In this document: positions 62,829-64,000 of the stretch, piece after piece
Numbering within the stretch: the first letter of the stretch is position 1
How the letters are laid out: each line of letters begins with the position of its first letter
Source of the DNA: an uncultured bacterium
Lineage (GTDB): Bacteria > Patescibacteriota > Minisyncoccia > Phycocordibacterales > PALSA-1337
Assembly (NCBI GenBank): GCA_963701025.1
Contig: OY969557.1
Span: forward strand, 298,405 to 362,404
Length of the DNA stretch: 64,000 nucleotides
Reading direction: 5' to 3'
Notes under the pieces: generated by a model
Database searches by the model: none
What the model saw: only the letters and a program-made list of their open reading frames with translations
What the model was told of the DNA's origin: nothing
Position numbers and translations under genes: made by a program

Positions 62829-64000
62829 ATGAAAAATATAATCAGATCGTCACTATTTATATCTTCGTTGCTCGTATTTTCTAGTATTGCATTTGCTCAA
62901 AATACCCCAACGATTCCGGCTCCGCCAGCTCTTAATCCAAGCGATACAAACTATGGGAAATGCCTTAATATAGCCCTTTTGAAAAGAGAGACGAATCTTG
63001 GAAATGCACACCGAGCTTTTGGTGTGGCCGTGCAACCTGCGGCTGATGCAGTCTCAGAAGCCTATAAAGCAGGAACGCATTTTACCGGTTGGCTTAGTTG
63101 GTTGAATTGGTTCAGACCTATGAGTCAAGCAGAAAAAGATCGTATCAATCAAGCGAACGAAGCTTATAAGGAAGCGCAACAAAAAGCTCAACCTGTCTTG
63201 GACGCTGCGAGTGCGGCGACTGTGAGTCAATTTTCAACAGATCAGCAGTATTGTCAGAGTCATCAAAATCAGACATACCAATGGACACCGGCAGATCAAG
63301 CTGCTCTTGATCGTCTCGGCTATGGAAATAGAAACACCGTGACACCGCCAGTTTTGTCTACACCAACATCTAATAACAAGTACTCTGATTCTAATCCACC
63401 GGCCTTGCCGCAACCTGACAGTAATACAATCTCACTTACGATAACTTCCCCTAAGACTGGTGACACATGGGCGCAAGGGTATCAGCAGACGATAAGCTGG
63501 ACATCTTCAAAGCCTATCTCACAAAATAACACGATCATATATTCTTATATTGATGGACCAAGCCAGTATGAAGGTAGTTATGGAACAAATGGCATAGGAT
63601 CTACTTATAGCTACAAAATAGGTGCACCAGTTATGAGCCTAGGAAAAAATTTCCAGCCAGGTTCTTATCGACTCAAGGTCACGGTGCTTGGCTCCGTACA
63701 GGTATCAAGCTCGACGATAAATAGCGTGGCCATGAAGCCTGTCGTGCTTGCGCAGGGAATAAGCGGCCAATTCAATATTGTTCCCGCGTCTCAATCGCCA
63801 ACTCGATATGTTTCAGTTTCGATAAGCGGACATGGATCTGTAAGGAGTTCTGACTCTCAAATCAACTGTCCAGATCCATTCACGAACTCTTCTCCAAGAG
63901 GTTGCACTGTTGCCTATCCATTGAATCAAAACGTTACACTTACGGCTATACCTTCATCCGGCTCTACTTTCTCCGGTTGGAGCGCCGACTGTGCAGGTAC
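62829..64000 (+). CDS. Secreted surface protein with Ig-like and divergent InlB B-repeat-like domains (runs off the right edge; not in ORF track)
   Basis: Signal peptide MKNIIRSSLFISSLLVFSSIAFA, ITSPKTGDTW..ISW and VTLTAIPSSGSTFSGWSADC. Confidence 0.8.
   Translation, partial: MKNIIRSSLFISSLLVFSSIAFAQNTPTIPAPPALNPSDTNYGKCLNIALLKRETNLGNAHRAFGVAVQPAADAVSEAYKAGTHFTGWLSWLNWFRPMSQAEKDRINQANEAYKEAQQKAQPVLDAASAATVSQFSTDQQYCQSHQNQTYQWTPADQAALDRLGYGNRNTVTPPVLSTPTSNNKYSDSNPPALPQPDSNTISLTITSPKTGDTWAQGYQQTISWTSSKPISQNNTIIYSYIDGPSQYEGSYGTNGIGSTYSYKIGAPVMSLGKNFQPGSYRLKVTVLGSVQVSSSTINSVAMKPVVLAQGISGQFNIVPASQSPTRYVSVSISGHGSVRSSDSQINCPDPFTNSSPRGCTVAYPLNQNVTLTAIPSSGSTFSGWSADCAG

Larger units (their letters stand above)
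59143..64000. mobile_element. AT-rich genomic island integrated at tRNA-Leu (right end outside window)
   Basis: Recombinase abutting the tRNA 3' end, visible drop in GC, Rep remnant and TA module. Confidence 0.8.

Overview
This 64 kb window is mostly core chromosome of a bacterium that looks like Patescibacteria/CPR (Parcubacteria-like). That assignment is inferred from compact housekeeping genes, two mreB paralogs, short IF2/RNase R/HolB, a degenerate PriA, a type IV pilus cluster and a GH130/PMM mannoside cluster. TGA acts as a stop (code 11). Core genes include pbp2(5' end)-mreD-mreC-mreB, proS, rseP, frr, an EmrAB-like efflux operon, murA, priA-def-fmt, hpf, rnr, uppP, hisS, a UvrD-nuclease fusion, rpoD, dnaG, rpoC, rpoB, trmD-khpA-rpsP, iscS, infB-rbfA and tRNA-Asn/Cys/Leu. 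An AT-rich element integrated at tRNA-Leu runs off the right end and carries a large serine recombinase, a rolling-circle Rep remnant, a fused MNT-HEPN protein and a secreted protein. The most notable unannotated signals are: (1) a ~380-nt highly base-paired non-coding unit with its own promoter and terminator (11470-11860, minus strand) directly upstream of a NYN-domain nuclease gene, which I could not match to RNase P, tmRNA, SRP or an intron; (2) two arrays of six 11-bp tandem repeats, each exactly 10 bp upstream of a -10 box, in front of the pilB operon and the pilin gene; (3) two serine recombinase reading frames that end inside tRNA genes on the opposite strand; (4) palindromic and heptamer insertions translated in frame inside essential genes. 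Several +1 frameshifts in rpoB, rpoD and a cupin gene are most likely sequencing errors. All calls are by eye; no database searches were run.
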